Notes under the pieces: generated by a model
The model's database searches: none
Told to the model about the DNA's origin: nothing
Seen by the model: only the letters and a program-made list of their open reading frames with translations
Position numbers and translations under genes: made by a program
Assembly: GCA_964291215.2 (NCBI GenBank)
Contig: OZ219790.1
Span: 672,001 to 736,000, forward strand
Direction of reading: 5' to 3'
Source: Alphaproteobacteria bacterium
GTDB lineage: Bacteria > Pseudomonadota > Alphaproteobacteria > MPNO01 > UBA830
DNA: 64,000 nt
Shown here: positions 21,519-31,328 of the stretch, piece by piece
How the letters are laid out: every line of letters begins with the position of its first letter
How positions within the stretch are numbered: position 1 is the stretch's first letter

Positions 21519-22580
21519 ATGAACACCGCGGACAGATCAGATGGCAAATCGCGCTTTGTCCGGAACGCTTGGTACATCGCTGCCTGGGCGAACGACGTCA
21601 CACGATCGACACCCCTCGGCCGCACCCTTCTCAATGAGCCTGTGGTTCTGTGGCGGACGGACGACGGCACCGCCGTCGCACTCGAGGACCGCTGCTGCCA
21701 CCGGCATGTTCCGCTCTCTCTCGGACGCATAACCGGACGGACCCTGCAGTGCGGTTATCACGGCCTCGAATTCGACGCCACAGGGCAATGTGTGAAGATA
21801 CCGGGTCAGGCGCGAATTCCCCCGGGTGCTTACGTCCCGGCCTTCCCTGCGGTCGAACGCCACCGCTGGATATGGATATGGATGGGTGATCCCGGACGGG
21901 CCGATCCCGGTCAGATTCCCGACTATCGCTGGCTCGATTCCCCCGGCTGGACGGCGCCCGTGGGCGATTTTCACCTCAAAGCGCATTATCAGCTTCTGGT
22001 CGACAATCTCCTTGATTTCTCGCACCTCCAGTTCGTCCATCGCCGCACTATCGGCACCGATGCTATCGCAGACATTCCGTCCAGCACCGAGAGGCGCGAG
22101 GACCGACTCGAGATCACGCGCTGGATCATGGATTCGCGGCCGCCGCCGCTGTTCGACCGCGCCTATGGCGGTTTCGGGGGAAATGTCGATCGCTGGATGA
22201 ACTGCAGCTACACGGCGCCGTCCAGCGTCACGTTCGACATCGGCTGCGCCGTCGCCGGCACCGGCGCGCCCGAGGGCGACCGCTCGCAGGGCATCGAAAT
22301 CCGGTCGCTGCACGGCATCACGCCCGAGACCGACCGGACCACGCTCTATTTCTGGGGCTACGCACGGAACTTCCGACTCGACGACGACGCGCTGACGGAA
22401 CTTCTCGCCAAAGGCGCATCTACAACCTTTGCCGAGGATGTCGAGGTCCTGGCCGCGCAGCAGGCGATGCTGGACCGCAGCGGCCAGGCCAAGCTTGTCG
22501 ACATTGGCGGCGACAGTGCCGGGCTCCTCGCCCGGCGCCTCGTCGCCGCGCAGCTTGCCGCAGAAACGGACGCTTGCTAG
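21519..22580 (+). CDS. Rieske non-heme iron oxygenase alpha subunit (VanA-like), second paralog
   Basis: CCHRH...CGYHG; DNLLDFSHLQFVH. Confidence 0.92.
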   Translation: MNTADRSDGKSRFVRNAWYIAAWANDVTRSTPLGRTLLNEPVVLWRTDDGTAVALEDRCCHRHVPLSLGRITGRTLQCGYHGLEFDATGQCVKIPGQARIPPGAYVPAFPAVERHRWIWIWMGDPGRADPGQIPDYRWLDSPGWTAPVGDFHLKAHYQLLVDNLLDFSHLQFVHRRTIGTDAIADIPSSTERREDRLEITRWIMDSRPPPLFDRAYGGFGGNVDRWMNCSYTAPSSVTFDIGCAVAGTGAPEGDRSQGIEIRSLHGITPETDRTTLYFWGYARNFRLDDDALTELLAKGASTTFAEDVEVLAAQQAMLDRSGQAKLVDIGGDSAGLLARRLVAAQLAAETDAC

Positions 22581-22610
22581 AACCCGGAAACACTGCTGGA
22601 AAACACCAAG

Positions 22611-23051
22611 ATGCCCAATGGGAACCAGGATCCCGATGCACCAGTTCTGCTCGCCGGCGATGCCATGCGCATCGCCGATGACGGCAAGCCGCGGCTGGTC
22701 GGGACTGTTTGCAGCAACTGCGGTGCGCGCACGTTCCCACCAGCCCCGGTCTGCAGCGAATGCATGTCCGAAGATGTCCGCGAAATCGAACTCTCTTCAG
22801 AGGGTAGCCTCTACGCGTTCTCGGTCGTTCATGTCGCACCTGCAGAATGGGACACGCCCTATATCGCCGGCTATGTCGACCTCCCCGAAGGGGTGCGCGT
22901 CTTTGCGCACATTATCGACGCAGATGCCAGAGCGCTGAAGATGGATTCGCCGGTCCAGCTGACGACCGCGAGGCTCGGAACCGCCGGCGATGGCGTACCG
23001 GTCGAGAGCTACGCCTTTCGACCGGCAAGCAGCGGGATGGAGAACGCGTGA
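22611..23051 (+). CDS. DUF35 Zn-ribbon/OB-fold protein (ChsH2-like)
   Basis: CSNCG...CSEC followed by an OB-fold (PYIAGYVDLPEG); stop overlaps the thiolase start. Confidence 0.88.
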   Translation: MPNGNQDPDAPVLLAGDAMRIADDGKPRLVGTVCSNCGARTFPPAPVCSECMSEDVREIELSSEGSLYAFSVVHVAPAEWDTPYIAGYVDLPEGVRVFAHIIDADARALKMDSPVQLTTARLGTAGDGVPVESYAFRPASSGMENA

Positions 23052-24190
23052 TGGGAGAGGTGTGCGTGATCGGCGTCGGGCTGACGCCGTTCGCCAAATA
23101 TCGCGACCGGTCGCTCTCGGAGATCGGCTGGCCCGCCGTGAGGCAGGCGATCGAAGACGCCGGCGTCGACAAGCGGGACATCGAGGCAGCCTATTGCGGG
23201 ACTGCGCTCGGTGGCATGATGGCCGGCCAACGCGTGCTCAAGATGCTCGGGATAACCGGCCTGCCGATCACCAATGTCGAAAATGCCTGCTCCTCGTCGT
23301 CGACGGCCTTCCGCCAAGCCTACATCGCGGTCGCTGCCGGAGCCTATGACATGGTGCTGGTCCTTGGCGTCGAAAAGCTGACCAAGTTCGGCGGCGGCAC
23401 ACTGCCGCTTGAACGGGAGGATTTCGAGGTTACCCACGGGCTCGTGATGCCGGCCCTCTACGGCATGCGCGCGCGGCGCTACATGCACGATTACGGCTTG
23501 ACCGAGAAGCAGCTCGCGGGCGTCGCCGTCAAGGCCCACCGCCACGGGGCGCGGAATCCCGACGCCCAGTACCGCAACGAAGTCACCGTCGACGAGGTCA
23601 TGTCGGCGCGCCCGATCGCCGATCCGTTTACCCTGCTCCATTGCTGCCCGTCGGGAGACGGTGCCGCGGCTGCCATCGTGTGTTCGGCGAAGACCGCCCG
23701 AAAATATACTGCCATGCCGATACGGGTCGCCTGCTCGGAGGTCAATTCAGGCAGGTACATGACCGGCTTCCGCGACATGACCAGCCCGGAAATCACGGTC
23801 CGCGGCGCCCGCCAGGCCTACGAGGAGGCCGCGATCGGCCCCGAGGATGTGGATGTCGCCGAGGTGCACGATGCTTTCACCATCGCCGAACTCCTCTATT
23901 ACGAGGCGCTCGGCTTCTGCGAACGCGGTGACGCGGCGGGCCTGCTCGAAGACGGAGAGACCTCGCTCGGCGGCCGCATCCCGGTCAATCCGTCGGGCGG
24001 CCTCCTTTCGAAAGGCCATCCCATCGGCGCAACCGGAGCCGCCCAGGTCGTCGAGGTTGTCCGCCAGTTGCGCGGCGACTGTGGCGCCCGCCAAGTGGAG
24101 GACGCCCGCGTCGGCCTCACCCACTGCACCGGCGGCGGCATTTCCGGTTTCGACCACGGCGCCTGTTCCATTCACATGTTTGCAGCCTGA
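23051..24190 (+). CDS. SCP2-type thiolase family protein
   Basis: ENACSSSS, EVHDAF, GHPIGATG; TGATG coupling with DUF35. Confidence 0.9.
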   Translation: MGEVCVIGVGLTPFAKYRDRSLSEIGWPAVRQAIEDAGVDKRDIEAAYCGTALGGMMAGQRVLKMLGITGLPITNVENACSSSSTAFRQAYIAVAAGAYDMVLVLGVEKLTKFGGGTLPLEREDFEVTHGLVMPALYGMRARRYMHDYGLTEKQLAGVAVKAHRHGARNPDAQYRNEVTVDEVMSARPIADPFTLLHCCPSGDGAAAAIVCSAKTARKYTAMPIRVACSEVNSGRYMTGFRDMTSPEITVRGARQAYEEAAIGPEDVDVAEVHDAFTIAELLYYEALGFCERGDAAGLLEDGETSLGGRIPVNPSGGLLSKGHPIGATGAAQVVEVVRQLRGDCGARQVEDARVGLTHCTGGGISGFDHGACSIHMFAA

Positions 24191-24191
24191 C

Positions 24192-25076
24192 ATGAAACCT
24201 CCTCCCTTTACCTATCACGATCCCCGCAGCGTCGACGACGCTCTGGTGCTGCTCGCGGAAAAGGAGAACGCGAAGCTCCTTGCCGGCGGGCAGTCGCTGA
24301 TGCCAATGCTCAACATGCGCTTCGTGCTGCCCGACCATGTCATCGACCTCAACCTGATCGACGACCTGTCCTACATCCGCGAGAGCGGTGCGGCGCTCGA
24401 GCTCGGCGGCATGACGCGCCAGCGGGACATCGAATATTCGGATACGGTCTCCCGCCTTTGCCCGCTCATGGAAGAGGCGATCCGGAATGTCGGGCACCGC
24501 CAGACGCGCAACCGCGGAACCTTCGGCGGCTCGCTCGCCCATCTCGATCCGAGCGCCGAACTGCCGACGGTCTGCATGGCGCAGGATGCCGTGATCTCGG
24601 TCGGCAGGAAGGGGTCGGAGCGCCGTATCGAGATGCGCGAGTTTCCGGCAGGTTACATGACGCCGTCGATCGAGCTCGACGAGATGGTCACCGGCATCAA
24701 GGTGCCGCTCTGGCCTGAGGGGCACGGCTACGCCTTCGAGGAATTCGCCCGCCGGCACGGCGACTTCGCGATCACCTCGTCGGCCGTCCTCCTCGATGTC
24801 GCGCCCGGCGGCACGATCCGGCGCGCCAGCGTCACTGTGGGCGGCGTCGGCCCGACGCCGGTGCGCGTCACTGCTGTCGAGGAAACGCTTGCCGGACAGG
24901 CGGGCGCCACCGGCCTGTTTACCGACATTGCCGAAAAATGTCGCGAGATCGACGCCATGGAGGATGTCTACGCCCCGGCCTGGTATCGCCAGCACCTTGC
25001 CGCGGTGCTGACGCGCCGCGCCCTTGCGACGGCCTTCTCACGCGCCGCAAACGGAACGGAGATGACCCTGAGATGA
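24192..25076 (+). CDS. Mo-hydroxylase FAD subunit (CoxM/XdhB-like)
   Basis: LAGGQSL, RNRGTFGGS, RRHGDFA. Confidence 0.92.
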   Translation: MKPPPFTYHDPRSVDDALVLLAEKENAKLLAGGQSLMPMLNMRFVLPDHVIDLNLIDDLSYIRESGAALELGGMTRQRDIEYSDTVSRLCPLMEEAIRNVGHRQTRNRGTFGGSLAHLDPSAELPTVCMAQDAVISVGRKGSERRIEMREFPAGYMTPSIELDEMVTGIKVPLWPEGHGYAFEEFARRHGDFAITSSAVLLDVAPGGTIRRASVTVGGVGPTPVRVTAVEETLAGQAGATGLFTDIAEKCREIDAMEDVYAPAWYRQHLAAVLTRRALATAFSRAANGTEMTLR

Positions 25077-25567
25077 GCGACCGCAGAACCGTTTCCGTCA
25101 CCATCAATGGCCAGACCTACGAGCGCGAGGTCGAGACCCGCTTGACCCTTGCAGATTTCATCCGCCACGAGGCACTGCTCACGGGCACCCATGTCGGTTG
25201 CGAGCACGGGGTGTGCGGCGCTTGCACGATCCTTCTCGACGGCAGGACCGCGCGTTCGTGCCTGATGCTCGCGGTGCAGGCCCACGGCCGCGAGCTGATG
25301 ACAGTCGAGGGCATTGCCCCCAACGAGGATGAGTTGCACCCCCTGCAGCAGGCGTTTCAGGACAATCATGGCCTGCAGTGCGGTTTCTGCACTCCGGGAA
25401 TGCTGACCACGCTTCTCGAATTTCTCGGTGACAACCCCGATCCTACCGAGAGAGAGGTTCGCGAAGCCATCAGCGGCAATCTGTGCCGGTGCACCGGCTA
25501 TCAGGGAATTGTCAATGCGGCGCTTGACGCCGCTCGGCGCCTGCGTGAGGCGCCGTCAGCCGAATAG
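25073..25567 (+). CDS. Mo-hydroxylase 2Fe-2S subunit (CoxS-like)
   Basis: [25 protein letters not shown]. Confidence 0.93.
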   Translation: MSDRRTVSVTINGQTYEREVETRLTLADFIRHEALLTGTHVGCEHGVCGACTILLDGRTARSCLMLAVQAHGRELMTVEGIAPNEDELHPLQQAFQDNHGLQCGFCTPGMLTTLLEFLGDNPDPTEREVREAISGNLCRCTGYQGIVNAALDAARRLREAPSAE

Positions 25568-25618
25568 CCGCCGGCGCCCGCCGTTTCCGATACGGAAGCT
25601 TCACCGGGAGATATTCGG

Positions 25619-27943
25619 ATGGGTGCCAAGATGTTCGGCGCACGGGTCACGCGACTTGAAGATCCGCGCCTCCTCACCGGTTCGGGCGCCTACACGGACG
25701 ACTTTCACCTCCCGGACATGCTCGAGGCGGCATTTGTCCGCTCGCCACACAGTCATGCCCGGATAACCGGGATCGACGGATCGGCGGCACTCGCGCATCC
25801 TGGGGTGGTCGCGGTCTACACCGCTGCCGACCTGCCCGAGCACCTGCGTACGGCGACCGTACCATTCCAAGTGCCGAATCCCTCGATCACCCAACCGTTC
25901 CAGCAGAAGCTCCTGGAAAACGACGAGGCGTGCTTCGTCGGCGAACCGATCGCGCTGATCGTCGCTGAAAGCCGTTACGCAGCGGAAGACGCCGCGGCGC
26001 TGGTGGACGTCACCTATGAGGTCCTTGATGGCATATCGGACTGCAAGGCAGCGCTCGCGGACGGCGCCGCGGCAGCCCATTCCGGAACGTCAGGCAACGA
26101 GGCCGCACGGTTTACGGTCGGCTACGGTGATGTCGACGCCGCTTTCACAGCTGCCCGCGTGACCCATGCCGAGGAATTCCTCATCCATCGCGGTGGCGGT
26201 TTCGCGATAGAAAATCGGGCAGTAGTGGCCGAATATGACGAACTCCGCGATATCGTCACGATCTGGTCGGCGACACAGTCGCCGTTTCTGGTCAAGCAGA
26301 ATGTAATCGACATGCTCGGATGGGAGTCGGAGCACGTGCGCGTCATCGCGCCCGATGTCGGAGGCGGTTTCGGACCCAAGACCATCTACTATGTCGAGGA
26401 GGCGCTAATCCCTCTGGTCGCGAGGGACCTCGGGCGCCCGGTAAAGTGGATCGAGGACAGACGGGAGAATTTCCTCGCAACCAACATGGAGCGCGACCAG
26501 TACTGGAACATGGAGATCGCGGTCGACGGCGACGGCAAGCTGCTGGCAGTTCGCGGAACCATGATCCACGACACCGGCGCCTATATGCCATGGGGTATCA
26601 TTTCGCCTTACATCTCGGCAACCACGCTTCCCGGTCCGTACGTCCTTCCCGCCTACCAACTCGAGACCAGGGTCGCCCTGACCAACAAGGTTGCCGTGAC
26701 TCCTGTGCGCGGCGCCGGACGGCCGCAGGCGGTGTTCGCAATGGAGCGCCTGCTCGACCGCGCCGCCGACAGGCTCGGCCTCGACCGCGCCGAGATCCGC
26801 CGCCGAAACTTCATCCAGCCCGAGGAGATGCCCTACTCGCTGGGCCTGATCTTCCGCGACGGCAAGCCAATGAGCTACGATTCCGGAAACTACCCGAAGT
26901 GCCAAGCCGAAGCGTTGCGCGTGGCCGAATATGACGGCTTCACCCACCGGCGCGACGCAGCGCGAGCCGAGGGGCGCCGCATCGGCATCGGCATCGCCAA
27001 CTATGTCGAGGGCACCGGCCTTGGCCCGTTCGAGGGCGCGACGGTGCGTATCCAGCCATCTGGGCGCATCTGCGTCTACACCGGCGGCGGCGATTCGGGA
27101 CAGGGCCACTGGACAACGCTGGCCCAGGTTTGCGCCGACAAGTTCGGCGTCGGGATCGACGACATTGACGTGCAGAAGGGCGATACCGGCAAGATCGCGG
27201 CCGGGGTCGGTACCTTCGCCAGCCGTATCGCCGTGAACGCGGGATCCTCGACCCACCTCGCCGCGATCGAGGTCAGAGAAAAAGCCATCCGCGTGGCGGC
27301 CCACATGCTTGAGGCCGCCGAGGAGGATCTCGATATCGAAAACGGCCGCGTGGTGGTGACGGGCTCGGACCTCTCGGTAGGGCTGTCGGAGATCGCGCGA
27401 GCCGTCCAGGGCATGCCCGGGTTCTCGCTGCCCGGAGGTGTCGAGCCCGGCCTTGAGGCGACACACTACTTCTCGCCCTCCCAATCTTCGTACTGCAACG
27501 GCACCGCGGTTGCGGAAGTCGAGGTCGACCCAGAAACCGGGCATGTCGAAATCCTGAATTATGCAATGGCGCATGATTCGGGAACGCTCATCAGTCCGTT
27601 CCTGGTCGATGGGCAGGTGCAGGGCGCCACTGCTCACGGCATCGGGAACGCACTGCTCGAATGGATGCTCTATGACGATAGCGGGGGACCGTTGTCGGTG
27701 AACTTCGCCGAATACATGCTACCGTCAGCGGTCGAAATTCCCGGAGTAAAGGTGGTGCATGTCGAGTCGCCTACTCCGATCAACCCGCTCGGAGTAAAGG
27801 GAGCCGGTGAAGGTGGAACGATCCCGGCCGCCGCAGCCATCGTTGCCGCGATAGAAGACGCGCTGTCGGACTGGAACATCTCGCTGGGATCCGCCCCGAT
27901 CACCCCCGACATGATCGTCGCACGGATACGCGCCTCGGACTGA
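25619..27943 (+). CDS. Xanthine dehydrogenase family molybdopterin subunit (CoxL-like, not form I CODH)
   Basis: GGGFGPK, active-site loop PVRGAGRP, KGAGEG. Confidence 0.92.
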   Translation: MGAKMFGARVTRLEDPRLLTGSGAYTDDFHLPDMLEAAFVRSPHSHARITGIDGSAALAHPGVVAVYTAADLPEHLRTATVPFQVPNPSITQPFQQKLLENDEACFVGEPIALIVAESRYAAEDAAALVDVTYEVLDGISDCKAALADGAAAAHSGTSGNEAARFTVGYGDVDAAFTAARVTHAEEFLIHRGGGFAIENRAVVAEYDELRDIVTIWSATQSPFLVKQNVIDMLGWESEHVRVIAPDVGGGFGPKTIYYVEEALIPLVARDLGRPVKWIEDRRENFLATNMERDQYWNMEIAVDGDGKLLAVRGTMIHDTGAYMPWGIISPYISATTLPGPYVLPAYQLETRVALTNKVAVTPVRGAGRPQAVFAMERLLDRAADRLGLDRAEIRRRNFIQPEEMPYSLGLIFRDGKPMSYDSGNYPKCQAEALRVAEYDGFTHRRDAARAEGRRIGIGIANYVEGTGLGPFEGATVRIQPSGRICVYTGGGDSGQGHWTTLAQVCADKFGVGIDDIDVQKGDTGKIAAGVGTFASRIAVNAGSSTHLAAIEVREKAIRVAAHMLEAAEEDLDIENGRVVVTGSDLSVGLSEIARAVQGMPGFSLPGGVEPGLEATHYFSPSQSSYCNGTAVAEVEVDPETGHVEILNYAMAHDSGTLISPFLVDGQVQGATAHGIGNALLEWMLYDDSGGPLSVNFAEYMLPSAVEIPGVKVVHVESPTPINPLGVKGAGEGGTIPAAAAIVAAIEDALSDWNISLGSAPITPDMIVARIRASD

Positions 27944-28051
27944 ATGCTCAAGTGGACAGGCGCGGCCGGTCTACGCCAGTCAGACCTGCGTGACGTGAGG
28001 CATCATCGATCCCCAATCACGGAAGGCGCAAGACGAGTTTCGTTGCGTGAT

Positions 28052-28145
28052 ATCGCGGTAGGGAACCGGGTTTCCCCGGTCCCCCCGCAGTTACGGTAGG
28101 AATGCGCATTACTGCGCACCCCCCGTACGGATCCGGACATGAACA
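28052..28145 (-). mobile_element. Two tandem group II intron 3' ends (partial DV plus DVI)
   Basis: Minus strand: catgtccggatccgtacggggggtgcgcagtaatgcgcattcctaccgtaac then tgcggggggaccggggaaacccggttccctaccgcgat; each has a DVI hairpin with cctAcc and ends in AY. Confidence 0.75.
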
Positions 28146-28526
28146 CCACGGTGATCCCACGCTAGGTTTGTTGGAAGGGTCGGTTTCGCTTGTTCAGGAT
28201 GATTCGCATTTTCGCTGGCTTTTTGTGAAGCGCCGTAGTATCCGTTGTCGTAATGGAAGGGGCAGCGGATTTTTTTTGAGACGACTCTGGAGGGTTTTGA
28301 GCTCCGGGATGTGGTTGTGCGCCTTGCGCGGTCTGGTGCCGCTGGAACCGTGTTGTTGACCGTCATCACTATCTTGGTTTCAAACAGTTTGCCGGTCGAG
28401 GTTTGCGCTACGTGTTCACCTGGCGCGGGCGGTGGATTGGCGCTGCGGGCTGGCAGACGGGCGCCCTCAGCTGCGCACCGCGGGACCGTTGGATTGGCTG
28501 GCGCCGCGAGGAACAGTTCAGGCGGT

Positions 28527-28758
28527 GTAACTACTCACCCCCTGGTTCCGGCTTGATGTCGGGGTAGAGCAACGAACGGGTTTTCGTAGAGATTTGACAC
28601 TGCAGGCCGATTCGTTTAGTGGTGGTTATCGAGAACGACGGGGACCGGCAGTGAGCTACTTTGGATCGAAGGCGACGAGCGGGCTGTGCCATCGGAGGCG
28701 GCGCGCTGATGAAGCGCAAGGCGGAGTACCGGAAGATGCCGCCGGGCGAGCGGCGCCA
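28527..28758 (+). mobile_element. IS66 left end with a DNA-MTase fragment, cut by IS256
   Basis: GTAACTACTCACCCC TIR; near-identical to the reverse complement of 37305-37551. Confidence 0.85.
28594..28622 (+). promoter_or_regulatory. Putative sigma70 promoter inside the IS66 left end
   Basis: TTGACA-17 nt-TAGTGG, conserved in both left-end copies. Confidence 0.4.
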
Positions 28759-30010
28759 GGTACTGTAACTTGATGTCTGAAAATTTGTCTGAGGTTTGCG
28801 CTTTGAGGCGTTTCACTGGGGGGCTAGCCCCCCAGTGAAACGCGGCGCCATCGTGCTATCCCATGGAGCTGTAAACATTCATGGAGGAAGCGAATGGACC
28901 TGCGACACACTACGACGATTGAGGCCGTTTTGGAACATCTGATCGCAAACGGAGCAACGGATCTGGGGCGGATCTTTGGTCAGCTCTTCGAGCTTGCGAT
29001 GCAAATCGAGCGCGAGCAGCACTTGAGAGCGGGCCACTACGAACGGACACCGGAACGACAGGGCTATGCCAACGGCTATAAGCCCAAACGGATCGACACC
29101 CCCCTGTTACCGTTCAGGTGCCAAAGACGGCCGGTCACGAGGACGCCCCCCCCCCAGTCGCTTGAACGCGGCCAGCGATCTTCTCGCGCCGTAGCCGAGA
29201 TGTACATCAAAGGTGTTTCCACGCGGCAGGATGTAATGCGCGAGTTCGGGAGCCTGTCCTCTTCTCAGGTCAGCCGGGCCACCAGGTTGCTCGATGAAGA
29301 ACTCGCCGCGCAACCGGCCCCTGATGAAATACCTGATCCTAGATGCGCGCTATGAAAAAGCCCGCCATGACGGCGTTGTGCGCGATGTCGCAGTGCTCTC
29401 GACCATCGGAATAGGGGCTGCAGGCACGTTCTGGGGCTCTCTGTGGCGCTCTCCGAGGCCGAGGTCCATTGGAGAGCCTTCCTGGAAAGCTTGCTAGCCC
29501 TGCATGGTATGACCTTCATCGTCTCGGATGCCGGGCTGAAAGCGGCACGGTGCTGGGCGCGGCGACGTGGCAGCGCTGCCAGTTCCACCTGGCGCAAAAC
29601 GCCGTGCACCGAACAACGACATCAGGAAACGTATTGGAAAACAGCTCAGAGCCACGCCTCCTCACTCCAAACCGCCGAGGCTGAACTGGGCGCCCTCGTG
29701 GCCAGCTATCGCGACAAGCATCCAGGCTTCCTGGCTGGAAAACAATGCGGGGCTCGCTGTCTTCACCTTGCCCGATGCTCACCACAAACGTATGCGAACC
29801 TCGAACGGCATCGAGCGACCGATCCAGCAAGAGCTCAAGCGGCGCACCTCCAAAGTCAGGGTCTTTCCAAACCTCGCCTCGTTGGAGCGCCTCTCAACCG
29901 CGGTCCTCATCGACGAAAAATGGGAAACCGAAACCAAGGCATACATCAAATGGGAACAGCTCGATGACTGAGAGCTTCACGACAATTTCCAGACATCAGG
30001 TTGCGTAATC
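28759..30010 (+). mobile_element. IS256-family element, copy 1, transposase pseudogene
   Basis: Imperfect TIRs GGTACTGTAACTTGATGTCTG / GATTACGCAACCTGATGTCTG; fragments MYIKGVSTR, YLILDARYEK, WQRCQFH, RTSNGIER in shifting frames; no TSD. Confidence 0.92.
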
Positions 30011-30305
30011 TCAGTTCTTCCGCATCGACACTGGCCATCGGGTAGCAACCTTGGCGTTCACCGTCTATCCCACAAATCAGCTTCGTGTGGGTGGGGAATT
30101 TCGGGGCTTCCCGTTCGCTTTCGCCCTCCGGTTTGCTCGCCGCCCTGGCTGACCGAACCGGCTGGACACTGAGTTCCAGCCAGCCCACGACGGCTTCCTA
30201 CGTCCCAGCTCGCTGGTCCAGGGTCGCCCCTGAACCAATGCTACGGCGCCAAACTGAGAATTGCGGGACTTTCACCCGCAAGATCAGCAGCTAGACTCGC
30301 TGCAC
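30011..30305 (-). mobile_element. Group II intron B, 5' domain I fragment
   Basis: Minus strand starts GTGCAGCGAG...GCGGGTGAAAGTCCCGC; truncated by IS256. Confidence 0.65.
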
Positions 30306-30423
30306 GCCTGCCGCTCCCCAACGCTTCGCCTCGCGACGCATGGTTCACGGAGAAAGTGGTGGTTAGCCTCTCTTCCTGCCGGGACTTGCACCCGGCCACA
30401 TTCCACCAGTTTGCCTGGCGCAC
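30306..30423 (-). mobile_element. Group II intron A, 5' end (copy 1)
   Basis: GTGCGCCAGGCAAACTGG...GGTGCAAGTCC; near-identical to 35728-35845. Confidence 0.78.
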
Positions 30424-30676
30424 CCGGACGTCAGCTTCACCAACAATGCCGGCGAGCAGAAATTCGGATGGCAAAGGTCAGGCTCAAGGTGTCCGGGTAC
30501 TTTCGAACCCGGCTCCACGCCGAGGCTTGGTGCCGAATCTCAAGCTATCTCACCTCCATGGCCGCACTCGGCTACAGCCCACTCGTCGCCATCCGGATCG
30601 CACTTCGCCGGAAACGCCGCCGACAGATCAAAATGCACAACGCCAAACCCACCTCTGCGGAGGGGTGAGGAGATAC
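30424..30676 (+). mobile_element. IS66 transposase C-terminus and right end
   Basis: PDVSFTNNAGEQ...RMAKVRLKVSGYFRT...SYLTSM; end GGGGTGAGGAGATAC. Confidence 0.85.
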
Positions 30677-30809
30677 CTATTCCGTTTGATCATTCAACCG
30701 ACAAACATCCCAAGCAACAGGAGCGCAGTCTGGGCCGGGCGCAAGCCAACCAGATCAACAGCAGTAGGCCAAGCACGGAAGCCGGACACTCAAATCAAAA
30801 AAGCGCTAC

Positions 30810-31043
30810 TCATCGCCGGTCCCCCTCGCCCGCGAGCGCCGGCAGCTGGACGCGCTCGCCGGCCTCCAGCGCCTCGATCGACGCCTTCGAAAGCCGCAGC
30901 AGTCCGCTTTGAATTGCGCCGTGCACCGCTGCCGCCAGTATCGAACTGCGGTGCACCTGGTAGGCTTCCGCGTGGCGGTCGATCTCATGCAGAAGCGACG
31001 TGTCGAGACAAACTCGAATCCGTTTCTTTCCATCTGGAATCAT
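30810..31043 (-). CDS. Small ribbon-helix-helix (CopG-like) DNA-binding protein
   Basis: KRIRVCLDTSLLHEIDRHAEAYQVHRSSILAAAV fits the RHH pattern; AGGGAG RBS. Confidence 0.6.
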   Translation of the reverse strand: MIPDGKKRIRVCLDTSLLHEIDRHAEAYQVHRSSILAAAVHGAIQSGLLRLSKASIEALEAGERVQLPALAGEGDRR

Positions 31044-31090
31044 GTTCCGAATCTCCCTTCGTTGTATGGGCCACCATAACGGGAAGTAAT

Positions 31091-31270
31091 TCACCTTATC
31101 AACCCGCCCGCGTGCGGCTTACGCGGATACCGCGCACTGTGGAGCCGGCCGCCGCAATGCTGGCATCCCTCGAGGCGGCAGCGCTCGGCCTCGTCCGCAT
31201 CGACCTTCTCGAGAAACGCCCGGACATGGGCGCTGGAAAGCATGGAACCCGGAAAGGAATCGTGCGACAT
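31091..31270 (-). pseudogene. Truncated Cys-rich transposon-associated protein (59 aa)
   Basis: MSHDS...FLEKVDADEAERCRLEGCQHCGGRLHSARYPRKP; AGGAG RBS; shorter than any ORF in the track. Confidence 0.5.
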
Positions 31271-31328
31271 TGACTTATCTCCTGTGGTTTTGTCATCGTG
31301 GAGACAAGCCCCTCAGCCGACTTTTTGC

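Noticed and set aside
25619-27943. Aerobic CO dehydrogenase call from the M-S-L gene order
   Set aside because: Lacks the AYxCSFR motif and the cox accessory genes
28146-28526. Possible IS1595-like transposase remnant on the minus strand
   Set aside because: Only a faint SRLK..PFH resemblance; cannot be supported without a search
28894-29971. Programmed frameshifting to rescue the IS256 transposase
   Set aside because: Multiple, copy-specific frame breaks with missing residues indicate decay
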